64,000 nt of DNA from positions 55,186-119,185 of the IMG/VR virus record IMGVR_UViG_3300045988_147517, one strand, 5' to 3'. Both the position numbers and the translations under genes were made by a program. The stretch is from a virus. The notes beneath the pieces are model-generated. The model was not told the origin of the DNA. It did no database searches and was given only the letters and a program-made list of their open reading frames with translations. This document shows positions 43,920-54,110 of the stretch, piece after piece (position 1 is the stretch's first letter; each line of letters starts with the position of its first letter).

Positions 43920-44851
43920 TGGGTGTTTTAAAGGATTTAACCGGAAAACGGTTTGGAAGACTAGTTGTTATTGAGCGCGCTGAGACAAAAATTTCTCCGA
44001 GTGGAAACCACAGGACACAGTGGTTATGTCAATGTGATTGTGGAAATAAAAAGATAATTCCCGGGAGCACATTGGTTCATGGTGGTACGCAGTCGTGTGG
44101 GTGTTATCGTAAAGATGTAATTCGTAAGAAGCGTGGAAAAGGCCATAAAGGCTTTTGTGAGGAGCTTGAGAAAATATATCCCAACGAATTCAATGTATTA
44201 GAACAATATCAAAATGTTGATACCCCCATAATGGTAGAGCATAAAATATGTGGATATCGTCGCAAAGCAAGGCCTCAGGATTTGTTAGATGGCACTGGTT
44301 ATTGCCCGAAATGTTCTAAGAGAGTTCATAAGGATACAAAATATTTCAAACAAGAAGTGTATGATTTAGTTGAAGATGATTACACTGTGTTAGGTGAATA
44401 TACTGGTGCGAATGATAAAATATTAATGCGCCACAATAAATGTGGTAATGAATATGAAGTTACGCCAGATAAATTTTTACGAGGACGTAGGTGTCCTAAA
44501 TGTAAACATTCTATTGGTGAAGATAAAATCGAAAAGATATTGAAAGATAATAATATATCTTATATACCTCAACATAGATTTGCCGATTGTGTATACAAAC
44601 AACCTCTTATCTTTGACTTTTATCTTCCTGACTTAAATATATGTATTGAGTTTGATGGAGAACAGCATTATAGGGCTGTTGACCGTTTTGGAGGAGAAAA
44701 AGGTCTTAGGCGAACACAGCTAAGAGATTCTATAAAAGATAATTATTGTAGGGACAGCGGCATTAAAATGGTACGCATTCCATATAATTATATGAATATT
44801 ATAGAAGATGTTTTAGTTGAAGAGGACATTATTGAAAGGAAGTGTTTTTAA
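43919..44851 (+). CDS. free-standing endonuclease-like protein (zinc ribbons plus a Vsr/PD-(D/E)xK-like C-terminal domain)
   Basis: LTGKRFGRLVVIERAE N-terminus, several CxxC pairs, and C-terminal PLIFDFYLPDLNICIEFDGEQHY...RD..K. Confidence 0.5.
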   Translation: MGVLKDLTGKRFGRLVVIERAETKISPSGNHRTQWLCQCDCGNKKIIPGSTLVHGGTQSCGCYRKDVIRKKRGKGHKGFCEELEKIYPNEFNVLEQYQNVDTPIMVEHKICGYRRKARPQDLLDGTGYCPKCSKRVHKDTKYFKQEVYDLVEDDYTVLGEYTGANDKILMRHNKCGNEYEVTPDKFLRGRRCPKCKHSIGEDKIEKILKDNNISYIPQHRFADCVYKQPLIFDFYLPDLNICIEFDGEQHYRAVDRFGGEKGLRRTQLRDSIKDNYCRDSGIKMVRIPYNYMNIIEDVLVEEDIIERKCF

Positions 44852-44932
44852 ATGCAGTATTTTAATCCGATTAGAAAGATGTTGATGGAATTAAAAGAAA
44901 GTTTAGAAAAATAAATAAGGAGGTAGAATAAG

Positions 44933-45934
44933 ATGGCTAGTATGTTTTTAGCAATTGGACATGGGGTGTCGAGCGATGGCTCTTGGGATAGTGGAACCGC
45001 GTGGAATGGATACACTGAAGCTGAATTAATGAAGCCTATTGTTGGCGCGGCTATTCCAATATTAGAACAGTACGGTGTAGACGTTCATACGGATTACCCA
45101 GAAAATGACATGAATATCAATGCTTGTGTTGCTTATGCAAATAAAAATGGCCTTGATTTATATGTAAGTTGCCATTGTGATTATGACCAAGCACCAAGCG
45201 GTACATTGCCGATTGTTTATCCGGGCGCAAGTGCATCATACAACTTAGCAAATGCAATTAATGCATCTGTTATGCTTAGAATGGGCATTGGTACTCGTGG
45301 TATTTTACAGCGGGATGATTGGGAAGTAAGCGGTACCAATATGCCAGCTTGCATTTTTGAAACTGGTTGTATTAGCAAGGATATTGATATTCTTACAAAC
45401 TCTACTGCCTATGGTCAAGCAATTGCCTATGGTATTTTAGATTATTTAGGGATTTCTTATAGCGGCGGAGATGCTCCGGCTCCTACTCCTACGCCGACTC
45501 CAACACCTTCTCCAACTAATCCATACGGTTTCACTTCTATTTATAGTAGTGATTATTACTTGTCTTATGGTGACGGCCCTGATGAAAATATCAGTCAGTT
45601 CCAGCGCGATTGTAATATTTGTGGATATCAAGGAGAAAACGGCCCGCTTTCAGTGGATGGCTATTATGGCTCTGAATGTGAATATGCGTGTGAATGCATT
45701 CAAAGATTTCATAACCTAGATGTAGATGGTGATTTTGGAAAAAATTCAGACATTGCATTAATGAATGAAGTTGCACAGATTCAAGAAGCGCTACGCAATC
45801 ATGGCTATGACATTAGTGTTGATGGCGCGGCTGGTGATGCTACATTTAATGCTCTGCGTGATTTTCAGAGTAAAAATGAGTTAGAAGTTGATGGCATTTG
45901 TGGAGATAATACCAGAGCAAAACTAGGTATTTAA
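44933..45934 (+). CDS. endolysin: N-acetylmuramoyl-L-alanine amidase plus PG-binding repeats
   Basis: Amidase_3-like N-terminus (GHGVSSDG...SCHCDY), PT linker APAPTPTPTPTPSPT, two VDGxxG peptidoglycan-binding repeats. Confidence 0.75.
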   Translation: MASMFLAIGHGVSSDGSWDSGTAWNGYTEAELMKPIVGAAIPILEQYGVDVHTDYPENDMNINACVAYANKNGLDLYVSCHCDYDQAPSGTLPIVYPGASASYNLANAINASVMLRMGIGTRGILQRDDWEVSGTNMPACIFETGCISKDIDILTNSTAYGQAIAYGILDYLGISYSGGDAPAPTPTPTPTPSPTNPYGFTSIYSSDYYLSYGDGPDENISQFQRDCNICGYQGENGPLSVDGYYGSECEYACECIQRFHNLDVDGDFGKNSDIALMNEVAQIQEALRNHGYDISVDGAAGDATFNALRDFQSKNELEVDGICGDNTRAKLGI

Positions 45935-45944
45935 GGAGAAGCAA

Positions 45945-46490
45945 ATGGATTACAGGAAATTTTTGAATGAGCCTACTTATAAATATTTAGGGGAATTGTA
46001 TACACATGAAGTGAGAAATTCATATATGTATCAATATATTTCTTCTTATTTATCAAATATTGGGCTTGATAATCTTTCACTTTTCTTCAAATATCGTGCA
46101 AGAGAAGAAATGCACCATTCAGAAATGGTGAGAGATTTTTGCGATAATTTAAATATTATGCTACAAATGAATGGTGTAATTAAACCATTTGAACAAGAAT
46201 TGCATGGTGTTGCAGATTTTGCTAGAATGGCATATGAAGTAGAAATGGAAACAAACGAATTATGGGAACGTTTCTATGATATGTGTCATGCTGATGGAAA
46301 CAGCAGGATATTTATTGTCCTTGCTGATGAATTCCTAAGTGAACAAGTTGAAGAAAGCACTTGGGCAAATCAGTTAATGGACTATGCAGATAATCAAGGA
46401 GAGGACAAATCTGCTTGGCAACGTTTTGATAATGGATTTGACCCAGAATCATATGGCGTTGGTATTAGTGGAGATGACGATGATGATTAA
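45945..46490 (+). CDS. ferritin-like (di-iron four-helix bundle) protein
   Basis: E...Y, REEMHHSEMV (ExxH), AYEVEMETNE and SEQVEES spaced as in ferritin/Dps-like proteins. Confidence 0.55.
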   Translation: MDYRKFLNEPTYKYLGELYTHEVRNSYMYQYISSYLSNIGLDNLSLFFKYRAREEMHHSEMVRDFCDNLNIMLQMNGVIKPFEQELHGVADFARMAYEVEMETNELWERFYDMCHADGNSRIFIVLADEFLSEQVEESTWANQLMDYADNQGEDKSAWQRFDNGFDPESYGVGISGDDDDD

Positions 46491-46702
46491 TGAAAATCTA
46501 TGATGTAGAAAAAACCCCAGCTAAGTTATATTACTGCGGTTCCCCTCCACTCAAAGATTTCATTGAGAATAATGGTATTATCCATGTAAATAGTTATATC
46601 AACAAGAGAACAGAAAGAACAATTTGGATTTTTATAATGACAGACGAATTGTCTAACCTGTTGACTATTTGGAGTAATAATAGAGATAAGAAAGGGGTTT
46701 AG
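46490..46702 (+). CDS. small hypothetical protein
   Basis: 70-aa ORF, ATG overlaps the upstream stop. Confidence 0.5.
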   Translation: MKIYDVEKTPAKLYYCGSPPLKDFIENNGIIHVNSYINKRTERTIWIFIMTDELSNLLTIWSNNRDKKGV

Positions 46703-46705
46703 TAA

Positions 46706-48325
46706 ATGGAGAATGAAAAGATGAGGCTAGATTTTTCGCTAGATACTATTGAAATTCTCAAACAAGACCCCGATTGCATGATGGTGCGGTTAGCATTACT
46801 ACATGAGGGTGTCAATAGAAATAACTGTGATATTTCTCATGAAGCAGTATTGAAGTCAATTCCAACCATATTTAACAAACCAATTGTATACCGATTAAAT
46901 AATAAATATTTTCCATTGGATTCTACAGATGTATTGGAGCATTCGAGAGAAGAAGATACCACGATGATGCAAGCTGGTATCATTCCAGAATCGGCTCCAA
47001 TGGAATTTGTTGAAAGAAATGGTAAAGTATACCTTGAAACAGTGGGAGTAATTCATAAGATTTATAATCCTACTTTAACCGATATCTTGCATCGACGCAA
47101 TGGAAATATGAAAGTTTCTATAGAAATTAAAGTTCCTGCGGGTGAGAGAGATATTAATGGCATTTTAAAAGTTGACGAGTTCATATTCTTGTCAGTATGC
47201 TTACTTTCGGAAGAAACTATAGAAGGTATCGAGGGGAGTAATTTGATTGTTACTAAGTTCTCAAGTGAAGAATATAATAAAAAATATATGGAATTAATGC
47301 ATGGTGGGGAAAGTTCACTGCTCAATACAATTAAAGCGAATGCTAATAACGCCGCCAACTATATGATAGAAGGAAGTGAAAAAGCAATCGTGGAAAATTT
47401 TGCAAAAGATTATGGTACTGGCTCTGCTTTAAAGGTGGATAAATCTAAAGATGCTATGTCTGATAAGGCATGGGGGAGTGTGGATAAAACCACACTTCGA
47501 AATAGAATCTTAGAAGCTTCTAATTATAAGAGTTTAGTAAACGATGTGTACTTAGTGGTTGAAAGTGGATGGGAAGAAGCGCCATCTAGCAAACTTAAGT
47601 ACCCGGTAATGTGTATTGAGGGCGATAAGCTCGTGTACAATCGTGGAGGTTTAGCTAGTGCGTTAGGCTATGCAAAGGCCGAAAACAATAGTGAAGCTAC
47701 ACGAAAGGCCGAAAGCCTATATAGAAAATTAGACTTAGGGGAGGATACAAAAAAAATGGCAGAAGAATTAAAGAATAAGATTGATAAGGGCAATAGAAAC
47801 ATCGAAGATATCAGAGATGATGCAGATGCTCAAGAAGATGATGTAAAAGAAAAAATTAGAAAAAATCGTATTGAACCAGACGACAAAGGTCGTGAAGGGT
47901 TAGAAGACGATGTTGACGCTGATAAAGATTATTGGAAAAAGAAAGCCAATGCTTTAGAAGTTGAAAAATGCGCGCTGGAAGAAAAGGTTCGCAAGTATGA
48001 ACGCGAAAAAGAAGTTGATGAAATGAAACATGCTTTAGAAAAATGCGCTCATATTTTTACTGACGAAGAAAAGATGGCTCTAGAAAAAGAAATGGCAAAA
48101 TGCTCTAAGGAAGAATTTGAACTGAAATTAGGGAATGCCGCTATTGATTTTGCCGCTAAGATGGCTAAAGAAGATGAAGAAAAGAAAATGGCAGAAGACA
48201 AGAAAGAATTTACTCTTGGATTTAGCTATGGTCTTCCGTTAGAACCATTCTCAGCACCTAGACAGGCAGGTAGTTCACCTAAATCTTTAGATGAATTATT
48301 TAATAGCTATGAATTAAGAAAATAA
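46706..48325 (+). CDS. putative prohead protease / scaffolding fusion protein
   Basis: Position upstream of the capsid gene; long E/K-rich coiled-coil C-terminal half. The protease assignment is weak. Confidence 0.4.
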   Translation: MENEKMRLDFSLDTIEILKQDPDCMMVRLALLHEGVNRNNCDISHEAVLKSIPTIFNKPIVYRLNNKYFPLDSTDVLEHSREEDTTMMQAGIIPESAPMEFVERNGKVYLETVGVIHKIYNPTLTDILHRRNGNMKVSIEIKVPAGERDINGILKVDEFIFLSVCLLSEETIEGIEGSNLIVTKFSSEEYNKKYMELMHGGESSLLNTIKANANNAANYMIEGSEKAIVENFAKDYGTGSALKVDKSKDAMSDKAWGSVDKTTLRNRILEASNYKSLVNDVYLVVESGWEEAPSSKLKYPVMCIEGDKLVYNRGGLASALGYAKAENNSEATRKAESLYRKLDLGEDTKKMAEELKNKIDKGNRNIEDIRDDADAQEDDVKEKIRKNRIEPDDKGREGLEDDVDADKDYWKKKANALEVEKCALEEKVRKYEREKEVDEMKHALEKCAHIFTDEEKMALEKEMAKCSKEEFELKLGNAAIDFAAKMAKEDEEKKMAEDKKEFTLGFSYGLPLEPFSAPRQAGSSPKSLDELFNSYELRK

Positions 48326-48339
48326 TAAGGAGAGTTAAA

Positions 48340-48909
48340 ATGGCGAACGAACAAAGATTATGTTACACAATGACTAAAGTTCCTGACCACTATGTAAGCG
48401 TAGTACGCGTTCCAGAAGGAATGGTTATGTACCCGGGTCAGATGGTTTCAGCAGAAGTTATTGATACTGGAATTGATGGTAATTTTCAGGTAAGAGTTCC
48501 TTCTGCTCCAACAGCAGATAATATTAAGACCGATATTATGGGTATCGTAGTCAATGGTGGATTTGAAAACTTACCGGATGGTAGACGTCCAGATGGTCAA
48601 CCAGATTTCACTAAATATAACTTTATTGCTGGCGAAGTTGCCACAATTATTTGGTTACTTCCAAAGGTTATGGTATACATTTCTGACGATTGCGTTGTTT
48701 CTGGTGGTTTAACTGGTGATGATAGCGATGTTGGCAAATTTATTACACCTACTGCTACTAACATGACACCAACAGGTACCGAAACTAAACCAGCCGCTGG
48801 CGCTGTAAAATCTTATTGCAAGATTTTCCAGAAGAAAGCAACACGTTCTGGTGGAATGTTTGGCGCTGGTTTTATCAGTGGTAACGTCTGTGAAGTTGTA
48901 AACCAATAA
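48340..48909 (+). CDS. head-module protein (decoration or accessory)
   Basis: 189-aa ORF between the scaffold-like and capsid genes. Confidence 0.4.
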   Translation: MANEQRLCYTMTKVPDHYVSVVRVPEGMVMYPGQMVSAEVIDTGIDGNFQVRVPSAPTADNIKTDIMGIVVNGGFENLPDGRRPDGQPDFTKYNFIAGEVATIIWLLPKVMVYISDDCVVSGGLTGDDSDVGKFITPTATNMTPTGTETKPAAGAVKSYCKIFQKKATRSGGMFGAGFISGNVCEVVNQ

Positions 48910-48927
48910 TAGAAGGAGGATATATTA

Positions 48928-50067
48928 ATGGGAAAAGAATTACAAGTAATCCAGCGCTTCTCACAGGAAGACAATAGCGCTTCTATTATTGTGAGAGAGT
49001 TAGAAGCATTAACAATGGCCGCTATGTATCGGGACAATCCAAATAGTGGTTTAGTTTCTAAATTTTCTATGACTCCACAGGAGTATGGAGATAAGAACTA
49101 TAAAGTTATTAAATCTATTTTACATTTCTGTGCAGAAAAATCCGGTATGAGGATGCCGACCGATTCTACAGGAATGGCAATGTGTTTTGGCAATAAAATG
49201 TTTGAAACATTGTTCAACTCTATTATTGTAGAAACACTGAGTGGTATTATGGTAAAAACTCAGCCATCTCAGATTATGGCTATGGCAGACATTCATAATG
49301 TCGCTGTAGGTGATACCTATACCTATGATATTGAAACAAAAGCTCTTCCAGTAATGCAACGTACATCTTACAATACTAACGTTACTTTATTGGATACAAA
49401 TGTAAGACAAAGTGTAACCATCGTTCCTAAACCGTGGACTGCTGGTGTAACTATGGACTACATTCGTATTTTGGCTAATGACTATGACATGGGTAAGGAA
49501 ATTGCTAGAATTAACATGTCCATGTTAGTTGCTCAGTATAAGTTGATTGTAGGAATCATTTTTGACTCTACTCCAATCAACAACACTCCGTTCTACAATG
49601 CTACTTGGAGTCCTGAAAAGTATGTTAAATTAGCACAGTACTTACAGGTATTCAACGGCACTCCGGGTGTTAAGGCTTATGGTACTTTACCAGCATTTAA
49701 CGCTCTGTCTATGCTTGCAACTAAAGGTTATGGTTTCGTAAGCCAAGATACTATTATCAAAGATGGTTATGTTGGTAGAATTTATGGTGTTGACTCCATC
49801 ATGATTGAACAGGCAACTTCCTATAGTAAACCGCTAACCACTGCAAATGTTGACGACCAGTTAATTGTTCCTGACGATAGAATTGTTCTGTTAAGTGATG
49901 TTGGTGACAAACCTGTTAAACTTGTTCGTGAAAACTATGTACGAGTTATTCAGGACGACCAATTGTCTACATCTCAGACAAGATTACAATACTCTTTCTT
50001 CAATAGCTTTGATGCGGGTCTGGCTACTCAGGCTAACTATGCTATTCAGGGAGTTACTGGGGCCTAA
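48928..50067 (+). CDS. major capsid protein (by position and size)
   Basis: 379 aa, strong GGAGGA RBS, followed by hairpins. Confidence 0.55.
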   Translation: MGKELQVIQRFSQEDNSASIIVRELEALTMAAMYRDNPNSGLVSKFSMTPQEYGDKNYKVIKSILHFCAEKSGMRMPTDSTGMAMCFGNKMFETLFNSIIVETLSGIMVKTQPSQIMAMADIHNVAVGDTYTYDIETKALPVMQRTSYNTNVTLLDTNVRQSVTIVPKPWTAGVTMDYIRILANDYDMGKEIARINMSMLVAQYKLIVGIIFDSTPINNTPFYNATWSPEKYVKLAQYLQVFNGTPGVKAYGTLPAFNALSMLATKGYGFVSQDTIIKDGYVGRIYGVDSIMIEQATSYSKPLTTANVDDQLIVPDDRIVLLSDVGDKPVKLVRENYVRVIQDDQLSTSQTRLQYSFFNSFDAGLATQANYAIQGVTGA

Positions 50068-50099
50068 TCCCCTGTTTTATGGGAGGGTTTATCCCTCCC
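50059..50099 (+). terminator. tandem hairpins after the capsid gene (terminator or attenuator)
   Basis: GGGG/CCCC (50059-50072) plus TGTTTTA, then GGGAGGG/CCCTCCC (50081-50099). Confidence 0.4.
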
Positions 50100-50126
50100 A
50101 CATTACTTATAGAAAGGAATTCTAAG

Positions 50127-50840
50127 ATGGAAGAAAAAGAAGTAAAAACAACTAAAACCACTACACGTAAGAAAACGCCTGCTAAGGTTAGTCAACAGCC
50201 TGTTGAGGAGGTTGCATTACAAGAACAACTCCAAGCGGCTGAAAAGGAAAAATCAGAAACATTAAAATTAGTTGAACAGCTTAAGGCAGAGATTGATAAT
50301 ATGAAATCTCAACAGCCACAGTATATTATTCAGAGCCAAGGTATTAATGATACACAGATTGAAATAGGGTGTCGATTATTTTGTGGCGCTGTATTAATGT
50401 CTCCTAGTGGAGAAATTGAAATTTCTTTAAAATGCGGAGAAGAAGTTGAAGTAACTATTCGTGAAATGCAAGAAATTTTTAGAAGCACTTTTGGCTATAA
50501 AAAGCTGTTTGAGAAAGGGGTGCTATATTTTGTTGACCCCGAAATGTATGACCACTTTAAGGTTAGAAACCCAATTGATTTATCAGAGGATGCATTAGTA
50601 GAACATTTATTAAATGAAGATTATACTCAAATGATTAAGTTCTTAAAAGATATCACTAATGACCGTAGAGAAGATATGATTTGTCATACAATCTGTTATA
50701 ATACTGCGCTATTATATATGGCTGGTAAATTGGACGATTGGAGTTATGCTAACCGAAATAACTTCGAAAGTTATATGAAAGTAAAAGTGGATGATGTTGC
50801 AAAGAGTATTAAATCGACCAAAAAAGTAGGTTTAGTTTAA
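50127..50840 (+). CDS. hypothetical head-module protein
   Basis: Start placed at ATG 50127, downstream of the hairpins; the track start 50079 lies inside the hairpin. Confidence 0.55.
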   Translation: MEEKEVKTTKTTTRKKTPAKVSQQPVEEVALQEQLQAAEKEKSETLKLVEQLKAEIDNMKSQQPQYIIQSQGINDTQIEIGCRLFCGAVLMSPSGEIEISLKCGEEVEVTIREMQEIFRSTFGYKKLFEKGVLYFVDPEMYDHFKVRNPIDLSEDALVEHLLNEDYTQMIKFLKDITNDRREDMICHTICYNTALLYMAGKLDDWSYANRNNFESYMKVKVDDVAKSIKSTKKVGLV

Positions 50841-50862
50841 ACACTATAGTGGGGGTGAATCA

Positions 50863-51633
50863 ATGGAAAATAGATGTATTACCCCGTCATATGAAGGATT
50901 AGAGCCAACTACTTTTGATGATGTCTATTGTCAGGCATATGTTATTAAGCAAGACAAAAGATTACAAAAATTAACTCGGTACGAGTATTATTCGTTGTGT
51001 TGGCGCTATTTGAAATTTGCAATCAGTTTATTCCAATATGACTGTTTGCATGAGCCTGAGTGTAATCCTCTGTCTAAGGTTCAAGACTACGAACCATTCT
51101 ATGAAAAAGATTATGAGTACGTAGGAGATGGCCTAGAATCGGAGTTTTATCTTCCCACCCCGCCTAAAGAAGATTATCAAATATATGTTTCTATTAAAAA
51201 TATAGACGATAAAGAATACACTGAGATTCGTACGTATACATATAATCCTGAAACTGAAACAGTGAAGTTTGCTGAACCACCAGCCAGTGATTCAAGCATT
51301 AAAATTATTTGTTTTTCAGTTGGTTCTTTTAAGAGCCATTTGGACGATAGAGAGATTGCTATCCTAGCGGAGGGTATGACTGTTCCATTTTTGGAAGAAC
51401 AGCAAAACAATAGGCAGTTACTAAATCAGGTAGTTTATGGCGGGAGTGTGAAAATGCACTCACAGGCAGAACATTTAAAAATAGTTAGTCAAGTTGGGAT
51501 GAATCAATATAATATTGTTGATAATTTAATCAAGGAATATAGTTATAAAAGTAATCGAGAATGTTATTCTGGATTATCTGGTAGGTATACTGTTCCAAAT
51601 ATATATGGATGCTCAAGGAGAAGATATAGATGA
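50863..51633 (+). CDS. hypothetical structural-module protein
   Basis: 256-aa ORF. Confidence 0.6.
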   Translation: MENRCITPSYEGLEPTTFDDVYCQAYVIKQDKRLQKLTRYEYYSLCWRYLKFAISLFQYDCLHEPECNPLSKVQDYEPFYEKDYEYVGDGLESEFYLPTPPKEDYQIYVSIKNIDDKEYTEIRTYTYNPETETVKFAEPPASDSSIKIICFSVGSFKSHLDDREIAILAEGMTVPFLEEQQNNRQLLNQVVYGGSVKMHSQAEHLKIVSQVGMNQYNIVDNLIKEYSYKSNRECYSGLSGRYTVPNIYGCSRRRYR

Positions 51634-52628
51634 TTTTACCAGTAAAAGAGTCTGGTGTCAACTGCTTTGACCGATTGAGTTATATTCATAGTTTAGGAAC
51701 TGATAATATTTTATCAGATAAGATAGAAGAAACGTTTACTGAGAACCCCGACTATGTTCCCGTTTATCGTAATTTTGACTATACAAAAACTTTTGATGTT
51801 TGGTGTTATAATGGTACAGCACCAGATAAAATTGTTCCATATAAAAAATTCTTAAGTTATCCATATCCAGATGTTGAATTTAGAATAGGAGATTACATTT
51901 CTTTTGATTATAGGCATGATGGCACGTTAAGTCATTTTTTAATTGAAAGTTGTGATTATCAAAAAAAATATGATATCAATGGTAGAATGTGGTTAGTTAA
52001 TCAAGAATTGAAATGGGTAGACGATGACAAAAACCTTCATGTTTACCAAGCAGTATTTGAAGATGCACTTACGTATGTGAACTTTCGCTATGGTTCGCAA
52101 GGGCTTGTTGAACCAAATGGTTCTATTGTAATCTTGGTTACTCAAGACGAAAATACCAGAGAACTTTACATTAATCAGCGCTTTTTATTTTCAGGCATTC
52201 CATATATGATTAAGCAGATATTAAAATCTGTGGATAGCAGATTTATGGAAATTTATATGTTCCAAGTTCCACTTAATCAATATGATGATGTAGAAAATAA
52301 TATAGCTTATAATGGTGAACAATTGCGTCCAACAGAGGAGAGCGTAATCGTTGTTTCCCCTGATGATGCAGAAGTTACATTTGGTGAGGTTATGGAGTTT
52401 GAAGCTTATACTTATCTAGATGGAGTTAGGCAAGATAACCCTTTTACTTTTACTGCAAGTGGAGTGCCAGAAAAAAATTATGCATTTAAAGTTATTGGCT
52501 CTAATACTTTTAGTGTTGAGTGTTTAAAACCAACAAGACAAAATGCCCTAGTGGTTGTTTGTCAAGATAACGTTACTGGTGAACAAGTGACTAAAGGCTT
52601 ATGGTTGACAGAAGGTGGGTGGCTATAA
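51630..52628 (+). CDS. hypothetical structural-module protein
   Basis: 332-aa ORF, overlapping start. Confidence 0.6.
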   Translation: MILPVKESGVNCFDRLSYIHSLGTDNILSDKIEETFTENPDYVPVYRNFDYTKTFDVWCYNGTAPDKIVPYKKFLSYPYPDVEFRIGDYISFDYRHDGTLSHFLIESCDYQKKYDINGRMWLVNQELKWVDDDKNLHVYQAVFEDALTYVNFRYGSQGLVEPNGSIVILVTQDENTRELYINQRFLFSGIPYMIKQILKSVDSRFMEIYMFQVPLNQYDDVENNIAYNGEQLRPTEESVIVVSPDDAEVTFGEVMEFEAYTYLDGVRQDNPFTFTASGVPEKNYAFKVIGSNTFSVECLKPTRQNALVVVCQDNVTGEQVTKGLWLTEGGWL

Positions 52629-53203
52629 TGGAAGTTTTTAAAGAATATGACATTGGTGCCGCCGCATATAACGATTATATGGGTGTCAGGAAACTCCCAT
52701 CTGATATTATGGATTATTTATTCAATAATTGTGATGAACTATGGAAGTTATTATATTATGAAGGGAATACAGTAGGGGAGCCTCCTGTTCCTAATTCTGA
52801 AAAGAAGAAAATGATAGCGGCTGGTTCAGGTGATAATCTAGATAAATATCAAGTTTTATTTCAATTCTTTACAAGCGATTCAAGTTCTAAGGCAAATTCT
52901 CAATTGAGGTTACAGGTAATATCAGCCGAGAGTACAAATAGAACAGACGTGCTATGTCGTGTAGGCTTTCAATGTATTGTAAGCAATAAAAACATGATTG
53001 TTGGTACTGATGAATCCCCTAGAGATAATAGGGCTTTAGCTATGACACAAGCAATTATTCAATGTTTAAATGGGCAAAAATTAGAATCCACTAAAACCCC
53101 GTTAAATATTGATAAAAGTATAGATAGATATAGTGGGATTTCAAGATATGACTTCAATAATAATTTTAGTGGATATAATATTACAATGAGTTGTTATATT
53201 TAA
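52628..53203 (+). CDS. hypothetical structural-module protein
   Basis: ATG 52628 overlaps the upstream stop (TAATG) after GGTGGGTGG. Confidence 0.55.
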   Translation: MEVFKEYDIGAAAYNDYMGVRKLPSDIMDYLFNNCDELWKLLYYEGNTVGEPPVPNSEKKKMIAAGSGDNLDKYQVLFQFFTSDSSSKANSQLRLQVISAESTNRTDVLCRVGFQCIVSNKNMIVGTDESPRDNRALAMTQAIIQCLNGQKLESTKTPLNIDKSIDRYSGISRYDFNNNFSGYNITMSCYI

Positions 53204-53212
53204 GGAGAATTA

Positions 53213-54091
53213 ATGACCAATTTAGATATCTCATCATTGGCCTTCGATAAACCAATTCTCTATAAAGGTTTGAATGTTTATCCTGCTACACTTAAAGATT
53301 ATACAATGTTTAAACAATGTTCTGATATTTTAACATTAAATACTTTGGATGAAAAGGATGTTTATTTTCTAGGTTTACCATATTTGGAATACATTTATAG
53401 GAAGTCACAGAAGGATGGCGGTGGTTTAATGTCCACTATGCTTTTATGCGTAATGAGTATTGTATTTAAAATTGATACAATATCTTTTTTTGAGGATGAC
53501 ACCGAGAATGTTTTTCTCAATATTTTTAAGCAAAGTTCTTCTTATGATGAATATGTGGATGAATATAATGAGCTATATGGTAAATATATTGATTGTAAAG
53601 ACGCTGATGAAACAAGTGATGTTTCAAAAGTGTTAGAAATACGATTGATTGAACTTAGAACAAAAATGTTTGATTTGATTCAAATAAACTCAACAGAATT
53701 TGATGAATTAAGACATTTGATTTGTCAACAAAATGATATAGATGAAGAATTAATTGACCCAAGTTGGGAAAAAGAATTGCAAGAGGCGCGAATAAAAGCG
53801 GCTTCTATTAATAAAACAGGTGGTTTAGATTTTAGAGATTTATTGATAGCTGTAAGCTATGATTTAAAAAAAACACCTGATGAGTTAATGAATATGTCTA
53901 TTGCTACATTTGATAGATATGTTGAAATAATGTTAAAAAGAGAATCGTTCAACATCGGAAAGATGGCAGAAGCAAATGGTGCCAAGTTCAAAAATGGGAT
54001 AAAGCATTGGCTGTCTCATTATGAGCCAAAAGGCAAATATGATGATGTCATCACAGATAAGTCCGATAGTTTTATAGAAGAATTAGATTAA
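53213..54091 (+). CDS. hypothetical structural-module protein
   Basis: 292-aa ORF. Confidence 0.6.
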   Translation: MTNLDISSLAFDKPILYKGLNVYPATLKDYTMFKQCSDILTLNTLDEKDVYFLGLPYLEYIYRKSQKDGGGLMSTMLLCVMSIVFKIDTISFFEDDTENVFLNIFKQSSSYDEYVDEYNELYGKYIDCKDADETSDVSKVLEIRLIELRTKMFDLIQINSTEFDELRHLICQQNDIDEELIDPSWEKELQEARIKAASINKTGGLDFRDLLIAVSYDLKKTPDELMNMSIATFDRYVEIMLKRESFNIGKMAEANGAKFKNGIKHWLSHYEPKGKYDDVITDKSDSFIEELD

Positions 54092-54110
54092 TTTAAAGGA
54101 GGTCATTTAT

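Noticed and set aside
50079-50126. Upstream start (ATG 50079) for the gene after the capsid gene
   Set aside because: That ATG lies inside the GGGAGGG/CCCTCCC hairpin and lacks an RBS. ATG 50127 is preferred.
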